A stretch of DNA of 64,000 bases, from IMG/VR virus record IMGVR_UViG_3300028840_004626, positions 1 to 64,000 of that record; one strand, given 5' to 3'. The notes beneath the pieces were generated by a model. That model was not told where the DNA came from. It ran no database searches and saw only the letters and a program-made list of their open reading frames with translations. Source of the DNA: a virus. Shown here piece by piece: positions 35,508 through 46,224 of this stretch. The number at the start of each line of letters is the position of its first letter. Position 1 is the stretch's first letter. Both the position numbers and the translations under genes were made by a program.

Positions 35508-36089
35508 ATGAATGTTATGGACCATGTATTTGGAAAACATGCTTCAGATATCTCCAGATACTTTTCAGAGTCGCGTAATTGGTTCTCTGAGGTTACAGAC
35601 AAGACTTTAACTGCAGCGAATAAGGCAGTCCAGATGGGCAAGTCTCCCATTTTGGGAGTAAAACCAGTAGCATTAGGCGGCGCAGCAGCTGTAGCGCTAG
35701 CTGTCGCTTTGAGCGATCCTCCAGTAACGGCTGGTTCTGCTCCACGCGTGCAACCAGACCTTAAGAGTGGCACTGGTGGTTCTAGCCTAAAGCTGAATAT
35801 GGGTGTTCATCCAGGTTCAGCCAACTCGCCCAGGGCACCAATTCCTCCAAATCCAGCTCGCATGGGCAATACGGCTCGTATAGCTGGTCCGGATACTGCT
35901 GGTCGAATGCGCGATGAACGGTACCGGGTTAATGTGCGTGGAACTTCAGAGGGCAGCGTAAACTATAATGTCTTGGCAAACGATATTAACAACTCTTTGG
36001 GCGGCAATGTCACCGTTAATACTAGGATTTCTGATTCAAGAAGGTCTTTGACCGCACAGAACATCAGTGATATTCTAGCAAGAGGATAA
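35508..36089 (+). CDS. Hypothetical protein with a single hydrophobic helix and Pro/Gly-rich region
   Basis: VALGGAAAVALAVAL segment; GGGGG RBS-like element. Confidence 0.65.
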   Translation: MNVMDHVFGKHASDISRYFSESRNWFSEVTDKTLTAANKAVQMGKSPILGVKPVALGGAAAVALAVALSDPPVTAGSAPRVQPDLKSGTGGSSLKLNMGVHPGSANSPRAPIPPNPARMGNTARIAGPDTAGRMRDERYRVNVRGTSEGSVNYNVLANDINNSLGGNVTVNTRISDSRRSLTAQNISDILARG

Positions 36090-36102
36090 TCGAGGGGTCT
36101 AG

Positions 36103-39100
36103 TTGGCTAATCCTAAAGAAGTATCACAAGTTACTGACTTAATGGTTCCGGCATCACGACCTGGTGTGGTTGCGGGAGAACAAGATACCTGCATCATTAA
36201 CGACGTTATGCTACAGATTCCCCCTCAGAGAATCAGGGTTAGCAAACAATCGTTGAACTATGAATGGCATACCCTTCGGACCACATTTGCCCAGAAAGCC
36301 AAATCGGGTCACGGCAAGGTATTGATTACGCTAGATCTAATTTTTGAGGGCAATGCTGCAATTAACGGGCAAATGCGTCCGTTAATCGCCGGCCTGAGGG
36401 CCACGCCCTTTTGTGTCTGTTATAACAAATATCTACAAGATTCTCTTATGGGTATGGAGAATGCGAAATACCTTTCAGAAAGCAAAACTCAATATAAGCA
36501 CCTGAGACCGTTAGCATTGGCTGTCACCGGGATGCATGTCCAGACTATTGAAGGGCATCCCGAAAGTGTCCGCGTAGTATTAGAGTTTATATGGTTTAAT
36601 TACTCTCCTTATATGCCAGTGTGGGCGTATAAAGTAGGAGAGCTGCATGATAGGCCAGGTACTGCGAATAAGTCTAGTCTCTGGAAGAAATTTTATGAGC
36701 CTTTTATGTACTCACGCCATAAAATTGACTGGCCTCATCAGCCCGGATCTCGGAATAGCAAGACATCTATTTTCTTTCGCGAATTCGCTACATTTCCACG
36801 AGTTAATGCATCAGGCTATCGTGCCGTAAGACAGCTTCTTGAATTACTCAAGAACAATCCGACTGTAGTTATTCAAACACTTAACAAGGTATTGGCTGAT
36901 GAAGAGATTGAGTGGACTGATCAGAATATTTTTGATGTTGTATATCGAGAACTAGCTAACAACAAAAATGTCAACGAGGAAATTCGCAAACGAATGAAAC
37001 AAAGTTCGCTGCGCAACGGGATGATCACTCGTGCTGCAGAGGGCAAGGCCAAAGATGCCCTGAGCGCTATCGCAAGAGACACATACAACGATTCTGTTAC
37101 CGGACAACACTCTTGGTCTCAGATGAGAGAAAAAGAAGTTGAGGATGCTATTCGCGAGCTCACAAAGAGACAGGAGGATGCTGCTCAGCAGGAAAAGATG
37201 TTGCAGTATCTTGGAGTTAGCAGCGAGAACTCGAGCGAATATAAAAAACTAGATACCTTTAGTTTATCTGGAGAGGTGCCCCATCGTGGAAGCCAGCTAT
37301 TCATTGGAGGGTTTGATGTATATGGGCGCAAGAACAAGCTAGACATTGTCCCTGAAACCGGCTTTATTATTGAATCTATTGCTGTGACATTTTCTAATGC
37401 TTTGGCTGTAATTCCGATGATGGCCTATAGATATCCTACAGCCCAACATATTGGCAGTAATGACGTAGAAGTATCGATGGTACTTAATTGCACTAATGAT
37501 GCTGCGCGTAGGCTGCAGGCATTATATGATGTCATAGAGGCTACGTCACTCAAGTATAAGATGATCCCGCAGGGATTTTTAAATCCGTGGATTTATAACG
37601 ACCTTATTAATTTCTTTGGCCTAAAAGAGTTCTTGACCAAAAATTTAGTTATCGAAACTTACCCAGGTCAGCCCGGGCGCAGTCGTGCTATCTTAACCCT
37701 TTCTCATGCCGGAGTACTCAGTTCCTCTGGCCTTAGGGACCCAGAAGCTTTAGTGCAGGAATACATTTCTACCTCTAGTACAGTTCAGGGGCGCATGAAT
37801 AAAGTATTCAGTTCCCTGATTCGAGAAAAGGGCCAGACCGATAGTTTGCTGACACCTGCTTCTTTAAAATACTACTTTATTGAACCCAAGATCAATAAGT
37901 TCAATCCTCGTTATGCTGCAATAGGCAATTTATTGCAAGACTATTGTGATGAGTATAACGGGTTTCTAAAGAGGGTTCACGGCGTGATGTGGGAAATGCC
38001 AGAAGAGGGCACTGGTGCTGGATCTTATGCTCCAGTGGAAGCTGAAGCTGAGGGCCTGGATCAAGCTAATTATAATGCACTCATGGATCTGGTTGAGTTT
38101 TCTTCAGAGCATGGTTTTATTGCCAATATCAATAGAATTCAAAATTCAGTTACTGATCGAGATTCAGCTATGAACGCTGAGGCTCAGTCTAGGGCTCGTA
38201 CACGAAGGGCTCAAAGCGTAGACCAGATTACGAAACAGAGACGTCGATATCGGTCACTTAAAAGAGTATTCGGTATTGATGACAAGGGTCGGAAGGATTG
38301 GATTGAGCTTAATAAGCAGGCATATAATGTTGCTGATCCGAATTTTGATTTTCTCAAGAAGGTCTATCTCAACAAGTATCAGGAAGGCATCCAGCGTGCA
38401 TTTGATACCATTATGAAGCAATATCCGGATCATCCAGATTTTGCTTCTGTGTTTCAGGTTATTGAAGATTCTCCTTTACGCAAGGGAACGATGACATATA
38501 TGGATTTTCGTCCACAGATCAAATCTGTATATGGATATGTTAATCCATCAGAAGGGATTACCCCCTCAAAAAATAGGCGTGGCGGCACTGTCAAAGAAGA
38601 GGAACTGATCCAGTTTAATCCAGATCTATATTTGTACTACCCCGTATTTGATGGGGGGATTGTTAATCTATCTGAAGGCAAGATTATTGATTCTGATGTC
38701 ATCAACAAAGCTAGAAAACTTAGTTTAAAGACATTTGACGAGGCGCAGCAATCTACCAATGATTGGTTTAAGGGTAACTACTTATCTAGCTTACGTAATG
38801 CATCGATTTCTCAGCCATACGATAATCTCGAAAAGCGACTAAAGAATGGAGAGTTGCAGGCTCCTTTTTATGAGGGGGAGTCTTGGAAGAACTCAACAAG
38901 AACCACAGATATCCAGAAGACTGTTGTTGTAGATGATCTTAAGCAGGGGCATATCAACTATCCTCGACCCGGTATCATGCGTGGTCAAAACGAGATCAGC
39001 GTAGCCAATACGATGTCAGCATTGTGGCAAGGCGCGGATGCTGGAGCTAAACCCTATAAGCCAAGCGATAGACAACGTTCATCGCCACCAGTCTCCGGAA

Positions 39101-42051
39101 CAACTAAAGAGAGAGCGAAACGCATCTTTCCTTATGTAAAGCAAGCAGCACAGAAATGGGATTTAGATCCTGGGCTTATTTATGCTGTTATCGAAAAAGA
39201 AAGTGGCGTTGGTCGCAATATGGGACCTAACCAGGTAACCGCTACTGGGTATATGCAGTTATTGCAATATGAGATCAATCCGCGAACCAGGAAACGAGAT
39301 GTTCCAAGTGAAGCACAGCAATTTGCTACGCAAAGAGGACAGACCCTATTGGATCCTGGAACCAATATAGATCGAGGCTGTTTTCTCTTGAATCGCTATT
39401 CTAAGAGGGCCTCCAAGAAGGGATTGCGCAGAGGTAGTAACGAGCATACAGAGCTGTTATTGGCATATTATAATATGGGTCCCGGTATCGTTGACCAATG
39501 GCAAAGCGCAAAAAAGAAAACAGCTCGTGGACAATCTTTGTCTAGCAAAGAAGAGCGTCGCATTGGCGAACCCCCCGAGACTGGTGGACAATCAGGTGGT
39601 TTCGGATCTGTAGCATCCCCTACGGGGCTTATTCCGCTGCGCACATACAAGCGCTACACAAACAAGATTATGTCTAATGTGCCTAAGTGGCGCAAGTTTG
39701 TAGCTGAGCAGAATGCGAAGTCTGGGACCCCGTCTGCGTCACAACAAGCACGCATAGATCGTGGTAGGGAACAGGCGCTTAATACAGATGTCACCTCTAG
39801 TACCCTGTCTCCTATTACTGAGGCCATTAAATCATTCGAAGAAGACCTCTATCATGGTCAGGCTCAGAGCCTGATACGTGCCTATCCAGCATTTAAGTTA
39901 TATTTTATCGAAGATGATAGCCAGGAAAAGCGTTTAGCCTTCGATGATTTTTTCAGCTATAACGCTGTGCAGTCTATTCGTGTAGTGAGAAGTCGCAATA
40001 TCCCCGCCGACATGTGCGAGATCGTATTAACTAATATATCTGGCACCCTTACCAATCGTAAATTTCGCCAGGGCCGCGATGGTGGCTCCGCCCCAAGGGA
40101 TTCTTCTGGTCGTATCGTACAAGAAAGTATTAACCCTAGTCTTTCTGGAACCTCCATGGAGAATCCGATTGCATCCCTATTGCTTCGCGAGGGAACACAT
40201 ATTTCTTTAAGGTTGGGTTATTCTAATGATCCAGATAGGCTTGAACTAGTCTTTACTGGCGTTATTACAGAAATCGAATTCTTGGGCTCAGAAGATTTGA
40301 TTCGCATTTTAGCTCAAAGTTACGCCATTGAGCTCGTACAAGATATCAAGGGCTTTGAAAAGCCGAAAAAGGTAGGCTCTTGGGAAATACTCGGCTGGGG
40401 ACCTGCTGGACTTCAGGATGCATCGACATCTAAAGTTCTAGAAGAGATGATTACACAGCCAGAGGTTGTCCACTTTGGGCGATGGAAAGCATTGGCACAA
40501 AATGCGACGCCTCTACGCGAGTTGCTTACGAACAAATATCACTATGTGCCCACACCACAGGACGATAATATTTTCGCACCACCTCCAGAAATGGAGTCTG
40601 AGGTGCTTTTGAATGAGGGCTGGTTTATTGATTCAACTAGTTATGTAATCTACCGAACAACCATTTGGGATATCTTTCAGGAAATGACGCTCCGTCATCC
40701 CAATTTTGTTGCTTTGCCTGTTCCTTACAAGGGTAGGGATACAGAGCGAATGACTATGTTTTATGGTTTACCTAATCAGTTGTATTTTGCACGTGATGCC
40801 GACTATAAAGAAGAGAGCGCATCTAATGTCCTTAGGGACCGCATCTCATATCTTGAGCGTAAACAGAAAGAGGCAAAGGCTGTTTCTAGTGGACTCTATA
40901 GGATGGAGGGATCTAACTGGGGCCCTGGCAAGCGCAAGGCTACCGATGATGAAGAGGCACGCGAATTAGCGGCGAAGTTTACAGCTGAATCTATCGGGCG
41001 TACCATAGATCGTATTAAAAATCAGAGATTGAGACTTGCCAAGAGGTCTGGGTATATTAAGCCATTTAGAAACTACCATTTATTAACCAGCGACTATCAT
41101 ATTATCTCTAACAATATTCAGGCTAATGCTCGTGATGTGGCCAATACGATTGTTGTTCAATATGGTGCAGACGCCGATCCTTCTGAGATAACCAGCAGTA
41201 TTGGTGGAGGGGAAGTTGCTGTGGCGGGTGCAGACGAAAACGTAACTGTTAAACTGGATTCTGCTCTGCCAACAGAGGAGATTCGGACGCAAATCGCCCA
41301 CTTTCTTAACGTGACAACGGAGGATATGGCCAAGCGCTATGGGCTTGGAATGCTGCTCAGGAATGTGCGCGATATCTATAAGGGCGAAATTGCGCTAATT
41401 GGCAATCCCAAGATTAAGCCTTGTGATATCTGCTATCTTTTTGATCAATACAACGACATGATTGGTCCAGTGGAAGTTGAGCAGGTTACACACGTGTTTG
41501 ATTTTCAACACGGATTTCGCACAGAGGTCAAGCCAGATATGTTTGCCCAAGTAGGAGAATGGGCCCTATTAAGTACAGCTGATGCAATGGGTGTAGTTAT
41601 GGAAGGGGCCCTCAAGCATGTCTTTGGAAGTAGTGTGCTAGGAAGTGGGGCTGGTCGCGCTGTTTTATCTGGGCTCAAATATGGCTCTCGGGCGGCAGCA
41701 TTCTTTGGTCCAGCGGGCCTTATTGCTGCTGGTGCGGTACACTATATAGGCGGGTTTATGAGCCAGGCCATTGTAAACTTTACACAAATGGGTTATCCGC
41801 TGGTACTCAGTCCACTACAACATCGCGGACGCGTATTTGCGGGTGGCGTGCCTACTAGTAAGTTGCCAAAATCTATGTGGAATCGTATGTTTGGCGAATG
41901 GACGCCAATGGCAGAACAGGGTTTTGCGATGTGGGCAGAAGATAAAGTTGATGAAGTCATGGTTGGACTCAAAAAGCTGGGTGGTCTTTGGGGTGGTGGC
42001 TATTCTGAGGGCGATTTCTGGAATGATGGGAATACTTTAAAAGTTAAGTAG
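36103..42051 (+). CDS. Baseplate hub / tail-associated lysin with internal lytic transglycosylase (SLT) domain
   Basis: AAQKWDLDPGLIYAVIEKESG..ATGYMQL..DPGTNIDRG..LAYYNMGPG (about 39130-39490); hub-like LRLGYSND..VFTGVITEI, TIWDIF, YKGEIALIGNPKIKPCD. Confidence 0.8.
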   Translation: MANPKEVSQVTDLMVPASRPGVVAGEQDTCIINDVMLQIPPQRIRVSKQSLNYEWHTLRTTFAQKAKSGHGKVLITLDLIFEGNAAINGQMRPLIAGLRATPFCVCYNKYLQDSLMGMENAKYLSESKTQYKHLRPLALAVTGMHVQTIEGHPESVRVVLEFIWFNYSPYMPVWAYKVGELHDRPGTANKSSLWKKFYEPFMYSRHKIDWPHQPGSRNSKTSIFFREFATFPRVNASGYRAVRQLLELLKNNPTVVIQTLNKVLADEEIEWTDQNIFDVVYRELANNKNVNEEIRKRMKQSSLRNGMITRAAEGKAKDALSAIARDTYNDSVTGQHSWSQMREKEVEDAIRELTKRQEDAAQQEKMLQYLGVSSENSSEYKKLDTFSLSGEVPHRGSQLFIGGFDVYGRKNKLDIVPETGFIIESIAVTFSNALAVIPMMAYRYPTAQHIGSNDVEVSMVLNCTNDAARRLQALYDVIEATSLKYKMIPQGFLNPWIYNDLINFFGLKEFLTKNLVIETYPGQPGRSRAILTLSHAGVLSSSGLRDPEALVQEYISTSSTVQGRMNKVFSSLIREKGQTDSLLTPASLKYYFIEPKINKFNPRYAAIGNLLQDYCDEYNGFLKRVHGVMWEMPEEGTGAGSYAPVEAEAEGLDQANYNALMDLVEFSSEHGFIANINRIQNSVTDRDSAMNAEAQSRARTRRAQSVDQITKQRRRYRSLKRVFGIDDKGRKDWIELNKQAYNVADPNFDFLKKVYLNKYQEGIQRAFDTIMKQYPDHPDFASVFQVIEDSPLRKGTMTYMDFRPQIKSVYGYVNPSEGITPSKNRRGGTVKEEELIQFNPDLYLYYPVFDGGIVNLSEGKIIDSDVINKARKLSLKTFDEAQQSTNDWFKGNYLSSLRNASISQPYDNLEKRLKNGELQAPFYEGESWKNSTRTTDIQKTVVVDDLKQGHINYPRPGIMRGQNEISVANTMSALWQGADAGAKPYKPSDRQRSSPPVSGTTKERAKRIFPYVKQAAQKWDLDPGLIYAVIEKESGVGRNMGPNQVTATGYMQLLQYEINPRTRKRDVPSEAQQFATQRGQTLLDPGTNIDRGCFLLNRYSKRASKKGLRRGSNEHTELLLAYYNMGPGIVDQWQSAKKKTARGQSLSSKEERRIGEPPETGGQSGGFGSVASPTGLIPLRTYKRYTNKIMSNVPKWRKFVAEQNAKSGTPSASQQARIDRGREQALNTDVTSSTLSPITEAIKSFEEDLYHGQAQSLIRAYPAFKLYFIEDDSQEKRLAFDDFFSYNAVQSIRVVRSRNIPADMCEIVLTNISGTLTNRKFRQGRDGGSAPRDSSGRIVQESINPSLSGTSMENPIASLLLREGTHISLRLGYSNDPDRLELVFTGVITEIEFLGSEDLIRILAQSYAIELVQDIKGFEKPKKVGSWEILGWGPAGLQDASTSKVLEEMITQPEVVHFGRWKALAQNATPLRELLTNKYHYVPTPQDDNIFAPPPEMESEVLLNEGWFIDSTSYVIYRTTIWDIFQEMTLRHPNFVALPVPYKGRDTERMTMFYGLPNQLYFARDADYKEESASNVLRDRISYLERKQKEAKAVSSGLYRMEGSNWGPGKRKATDDEEARELAAKFTAESIGRTIDRIKNQRLRLAKRSGYIKPFRNYHLLTSDYHIISNNIQANARDVANTIVVQYGADADPSEITSSIGGGEVAVAGADENVTVKLDSALPTEEIRTQIAHFLNVTTEDMAKRYGLGMLLRNVRDIYKGEIALIGNPKIKPCDICYLFDQYNDMIGPVEVEQVTHVFDFQHGFRTEVKPDMFAQVGEWALLSTADAMGVVMEGALKHVFGSSVLGSGAGRAVLSGLKYGSRAAAFFGPAGLIAAGAVHYIGGFMSQAIVNFTQMGYPLVLSPLQHRGRVFAGGVPTSKLPKSMWNRMFGEWTPMAEQGFAMWAEDKVDEVMVGLKKLGGLWGGGYSEGDFWNDGNTLKVK

Positions 42052-42059
42052 GTGACAAA

Positions 42060-42491
42060 ATGTCTAGTACTGGTACAGTAAATAGAAGGGTAATTGCCGG
42101 CACAACGCTGATGAGTGAGCGTCAGCGCAGCGTGGACGGAGAGATGGTTTCTAATCCAGCGATGCTGGAGGGGCTACACGCTCAATTTGGAAATATCTCA
42201 GAAGTGCATCCGGCAATGTCGTGGGTGAAAGCGAAAGATAATAAAGGCATTCCAATTGGGGATCCTCGCAAATGGATTCCCCTTAATCATTCGGCCAAAG
42301 AATTGGCGGAGAGATTTGGCAAAGTAACTATTGGGATGAGGGTGCTAGTTATCTACAAGGGACCCAATGTAAAAGACGCGAGCGCATTTATTGTTGCCGA
42401 AACTGCTATCAAGAAACCGGTGGCCAATTTTGTGCCCAACGTCGCAAGTATTGGAATTCAAAAGATTTTTCCACCAGGAAGTGGAATATAG
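42060..42491 (+). CDS. Putative baseplate spike N-terminal (OB-fold) protein
   Basis: WIPL..IGMRVLVIYKG gp5/gpV-like pattern; follows the hub. Confidence 0.5.
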   Translation: MSSTGTVNRRVIAGTTLMSERQRSVDGEMVSNPAMLEGLHAQFGNISEVHPAMSWVKAKDNKGIPIGDPRKWIPLNHSAKELAERFGKVTIGMRVLVIYKGPNVKDASAFIVAETAIKKPVANFVPNVASIGIQKIFPPGSGI

Positions 42492-42500
42492 GAGGCTGTT

Positions 42501-42839
42501 ATGGCTTTAGTCCCGTCGCCAACTACTCGATTATTTAGAGCGTCTGAGCTATCTCCTGCGTCAATTGAGATTCAAGAGACCCAGGTAACTATTTCAAGCG
42601 ATCCGAGCAAATTCATTGCTATCGATGAAAAGGGCATTTATGTCAGGGGGCCAACAAGTGAGATTAATCTGGGTCCCCAAAGACGCAGAGCGGGACTATT
42701 TATTGAGGAATTTGACCTATTAAGGATTATTCCCAAGACCATTGTGACTCCATTTCCCTTAAATTATTTATCGCCACCCTTACATGTGGCGCCTAATTTC
42801 CAAATGGACATGGCTCTGTTTGCAGCCAATCTAAGGTAG
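42501..42839 (+). CDS. Small baseplate/spike-associated protein
   Basis: Beta-rich (FIAIDEKGIYVRGP); AGGAGG RBS; position. Confidence 0.5.
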   Translation: MALVPSPTTRLFRASELSPASIEIQETQVTISSDPSKFIAIDEKGIYVRGPTSEINLGPQRRRAGLFIEEFDLLRIIPKTIVTPFPLNYLSPPLHVAPNFQMDMALFAANLR

Positions 42840-42854
42840 TGTGGGTGATTTAGA

Positions 42855-43328
42855 ATGGCAGGACTTTATGATGACATCGATATTAGGTTCTACTGGAATG
42901 GTGATTTTGGTCTGGGACATGATGGCGATTTCGCTGATACCCTAGAAGATGGACTACTATCGTTGCGTCAGGAATTACATGATATATGTGCTAGTGCTTT
43001 AGGCGACTGGGAACTATATCCGAATCGGGGAGCCGGATTAGAGGACTATATCGGAGAGCCCAATACACGCAGCGTTTCTGAGTCGATCCACGATAGGGTA
43101 CGTATGGCCATTATTGCTGCTGCTTTGGTAGCTGAAGATGACCTAGAGGTTCGGGTTGTTCCGGTACATCGTCACAAGGTGCTAATTTTACTCAGTGTCC
43201 ATGTTATGCCGAGTGCTTTTAATAAAATGAATGCAGAATCAAGTTATCTGAAAACTGCATTATTATTTGATTTTGTCGAGCAAGGAATGCTATTTTTTGA
43301 TAAAATTCCAGAGTTGACTAATATTTAA
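42855..43328 (+). CDS. gp25/GpW-like baseplate wedge (sheath initiator)
   Basis: GDWELYPNRGAGLEDYIGEPN..LEVRVVP motif; directly upstream of the J-like gene. Confidence 0.75.
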   Translation: MAGLYDDIDIRFYWNGDFGLGHDGDFADTLEDGLLSLRQELHDICASALGDWELYPNRGAGLEDYIGEPNTRSVSESIHDRVRMAIIAAALVAEDDLEVRVVPVHRHKVLILLSVHVMPSAFNKMNAESSYLKTALLFDFVEQGMLFFDKIPELTNI

Positions 43329-43342
43329 CTGGAGGTAGCTTA

Positions 43343-44572
43343 ATGCCCCTTTTCTCTCGCAACCTTACGGACCTGACAGCAGACACCCTTGAAGAGCTGT
43401 CAACCACCACCAATATTACCAGGCTATCTGCCGGATCTAAGGCCAGAGCTCTTCTGGACGCTGTTAATAAGCGTCTTGAGGAAGCCTATGAGAGTTTTGA
43501 TCTCAATATGGCGCGCGCGTTTGTGTCGGCAGCGCCTGGCCAATACTTAGATCTCATTGGAGATCTGTTGGGTGTAACCAGAACTTCTTCAGTAGCTGCA
43601 ACTATTGATGGCGACCTGGAAATCGTAAAGTTTTATGTAGATACGGGTACTTTTGGAGATATCAACGGGGGCAATGCAATTGTAGTCAATGAAGGCAGCG
43701 TTATTTCAACTCAGCCTAATCAGAATGGAATCACTTATCGTGTTACTTCTACAGAAACCCTGCTTGCTAGCGCCAGTGCGGGGTTTGTGTCAGCTGAGGC
43801 AATTCAGCCTGGCACGGCAGGCAACGTGGGTGCGGATTCTTTAGTTTATCATAATGTTATTGATTATAGCGACGTAGATAATGGCACCTTAAAGGTTACG
43901 AATGTTCACCCAATTGCCAACGGGGCGAACCTAGAATCCGATGCCAACTTTAGGTATAGGATTTCCAATAGGGTTCTTGAGGCACAGGCTGCGAATGAAA
44001 CTTCTATACGCCTATCGGTATTGTCGACTCCAGGAGTATCAGATGTTTTAATTGTTCCACGTTATCGTGGCATTGGTACTTTTGGGCTGATTATTGAATC
44101 AGTGACTCCGACTGTAACCCAAAATCTACTAGACGATGTAACGGCTCGAGTTGAGCTAATGCAGGGTCTCGGTACTATTGCCTATATTCGTGGCCCCAAA
44201 GAAGCTGGATTGACTATTCGCACCACTGTCGAATACGGGCAACAATATGATCAGGATGCGCTTGATGATATTGAAGATGAGCTGGATAATACCATTCGTA
44301 GCTTTGTATCAGATCTCGGTATTGGTGACGAGTGGTCAGTTAATAGGATGGTATCGGAAATGTTCAGAGTATCCTCCAAAATCAAGAATTTTGGAATTGC
44401 AGGCACTCCGCTTGAAGAGGTGTATGTCTATACCGAATCCAAGGTTCAGGATAACCGTGTCAAAGAACGCTTGTTAGGAGACTATTCTCCCGATAGTGAC
44501 GAGAGGGTTATTATTGAGCCGTCAGTAACCAATGCAATTACATTTGATCGAAAATTCTCTAGGCGGTTATAA
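43343..44572 (+). CDS. Baseplate J-like (gp6/gp47) wedge protein
   Basis: SAAPGQYLDLIGDLLGVTR, AEAIQPGTAGNV, NGANLESDANFRYRI, PGVSDV. Confidence 0.9.
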   Translation: MPLFSRNLTDLTADTLEELSTTTNITRLSAGSKARALLDAVNKRLEEAYESFDLNMARAFVSAAPGQYLDLIGDLLGVTRTSSVAATIDGDLEIVKFYVDTGTFGDINGGNAIVVNEGSVISTQPNQNGITYRVTSTETLLASASAGFVSAEAIQPGTAGNVGADSLVYHNVIDYSDVDNGTLKVTNVHPIANGANLESDANFRYRISNRVLEAQAANETSIRLSVLSTPGVSDVLIVPRYRGIGTFGLIIESVTPTVTQNLLDDVTARVELMQGLGTIAYIRGPKEAGLTIRTTVEYGQQYDQDALDDIEDELDNTIRSFVSDLGIGDEWSVNRMVSEMFRVSSKIKNFGIAGTPLEEVYVYTESKVQDNRVKERLLGDYSPDSDERVIIEPSVTNAITFDRKFSRRL

Positions 44573-44574
44573 TC

Positions 44575-46203
44575 GTGGCAACCAAGGCTCTTAGCGCACA
44601 GCGTATCGTCAATGCTTTTCCTATGTGGTCTGAAACCCGTATGAACGAGCAAAGTCTTGGTTATCAGTTTGCCAACGTCATTGGCAATCGCATGGACGAT
44701 ATGCTGAAGCAAATTCAGAAGATTCGAGATAGCTATTATATAGCGTTAGCTAATGTGGCCGATATCGATCTGTATTACTATATGAGGTTGCCAGATACCT
44801 ATGAGTTTACCAAGGATGATGATGATACCACTGAGTGGATATATACTCCACCAACAGCAAGCGGACTCGTTGATGGCACTTATTTTTCAGTTTCGGCGCC
44901 AACAGAAAATACAGTTGAGAACTTTTGGTATTTGACTCCACCGAGTCGCATTTCTCTTGGCACTACAGCGTCTGGCGCTTATCTTATGGCTAGCGGATAC
45001 GCATGGCAATCACCACTTTCTCCGGTCGTGGTATCTGGGACTATTGATGTTCCCAATCGTCTCTATGTAACTGTTTCGGGCGGTTCACAATACCTATATG
45101 TTGATGATTACAATATTACGTCTCGCACTATTGTGCAGCTTGATGGGGAGGATCGACCTGGGGGCGAGCTTATTGAAGAGATGTATTATGTCTATGATGA
45201 GATTCAGCGCAGTATCCATGAGTTTAGCCAGCTTGATAAAGTTAATATATATACTCCCAACAATAATAGTGACATTTTTGTGACTGTTCAATCGGCCAGC
45301 TACAATCTTCCCGAGCTGCCTCACGCATGGAGAGACATGACCCAGACATCTTATCGAGATGACATGGAACTGTTTTGGGGCATTGGGCAGGGTGATGTCG
45401 ATGGCCAGTGTACGTTAGAATTGCGAAAATATAATGCTGACGATCCAACAATTCGCTTAGGAGGATTTACGGCGACCAGTGCTTTTCAGAGTTATGAATT
45501 GTTAAATACCAGCAGTCAGCGCATCCAGGCTAGAGACTTTGCAGTTGAGCCGCATTCTGACAATATATGGGTGGTTGATTCTGGGGTGCTTTACCTCTAT
45601 GACGGAAATCTATATTACCCGAATATGCAAGGTATGACTGGGAGAAATTATGATGCACCGTCAGTTATTGAACCCAGCAGCTATTGGGTAGTCCAAAACG
45701 AAGAAGTCAAACTGTATTACACCTGGAAAAGGCCAACAAGCGAAATCACCCAATATCGTATTTGGGTAGAGAAGCCTGATGGCAACAAATATAGTATTGT
45801 TGGTGGTGTTGAGGGCGCATATCAAACAGGGGCCGGTTCCTGGAATGCTGCGTCGTTTATGACTAATAGAAGAATTCAGCAACCTGACACCTTTACGATG
45901 GATCAGCGGGGCGACTATGTATATGCGCTCGAGGTCCAGTATGCTGACGAGACGTCGTCGATAGACAAGAGGGTTATTTCGGTGCTGTCGAAAACGCCTG
46001 AGGCCCAATTTGGTTTAGCTTCAGCCATAGGTAGCCATAATGAGATTATAGGAATTGATATTGACAGCGAACAGAAACTATGGGTCCTAGATACTTTGGG
46101 CTATAAGTATCAAGTCAATCTGCATTACGATGTGATGATTGTTGATTTTGATCAAAAGATTGTCTATTTCCGGGAGCCATACGAACAGGTCAGGGTATAT
46201 TAA
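44575..46203 (+). CDS. Baseplate wedge-associated structural protein
   Basis: AQRIVNAFPMW gpI/gp7-like N-terminus; beta-rich; follows J. Confidence 0.55.
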   Translation: MATKALSAQRIVNAFPMWSETRMNEQSLGYQFANVIGNRMDDMLKQIQKIRDSYYIALANVADIDLYYYMRLPDTYEFTKDDDDTTEWIYTPPTASGLVDGTYFSVSAPTENTVENFWYLTPPSRISLGTTASGAYLMASGYAWQSPLSPVVVSGTIDVPNRLYVTVSGGSQYLYVDDYNITSRTIVQLDGEDRPGGELIEEMYYVYDEIQRSIHEFSQLDKVNIYTPNNNSDIFVTVQSASYNLPELPHAWRDMTQTSYRDDMELFWGIGQGDVDGQCTLELRKYNADDPTIRLGGFTATSAFQSYELLNTSSQRIQARDFAVEPHSDNIWVVDSGVLYLYDGNLYYPNMQGMTGRNYDAPSVIEPSSYWVVQNEEVKLYYTWKRPTSEITQYRIWVEKPDGNKYSIVGGVEGAYQTGAGSWNAASFMTNRRIQQPDTFTMDQRGDYVYALEVQYADETSSIDKRVISVLSKTPEAQFGLASAIGSHNEIIGIDIDSEQKLWVLDTLGYKYQVNLHYDVMIVDFDQKIVYFREPYEQVRVY

Positions 46204-46224
46204 CGCACATGAGGGGTTTCTTGG

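Noticed and set aside
25693-44572. Bacterial extracellular contractile injection system or tailocin
   Set aside because: Terminase, portal, protease and capsid genes are present, so this is a complete phage morphogenesis module
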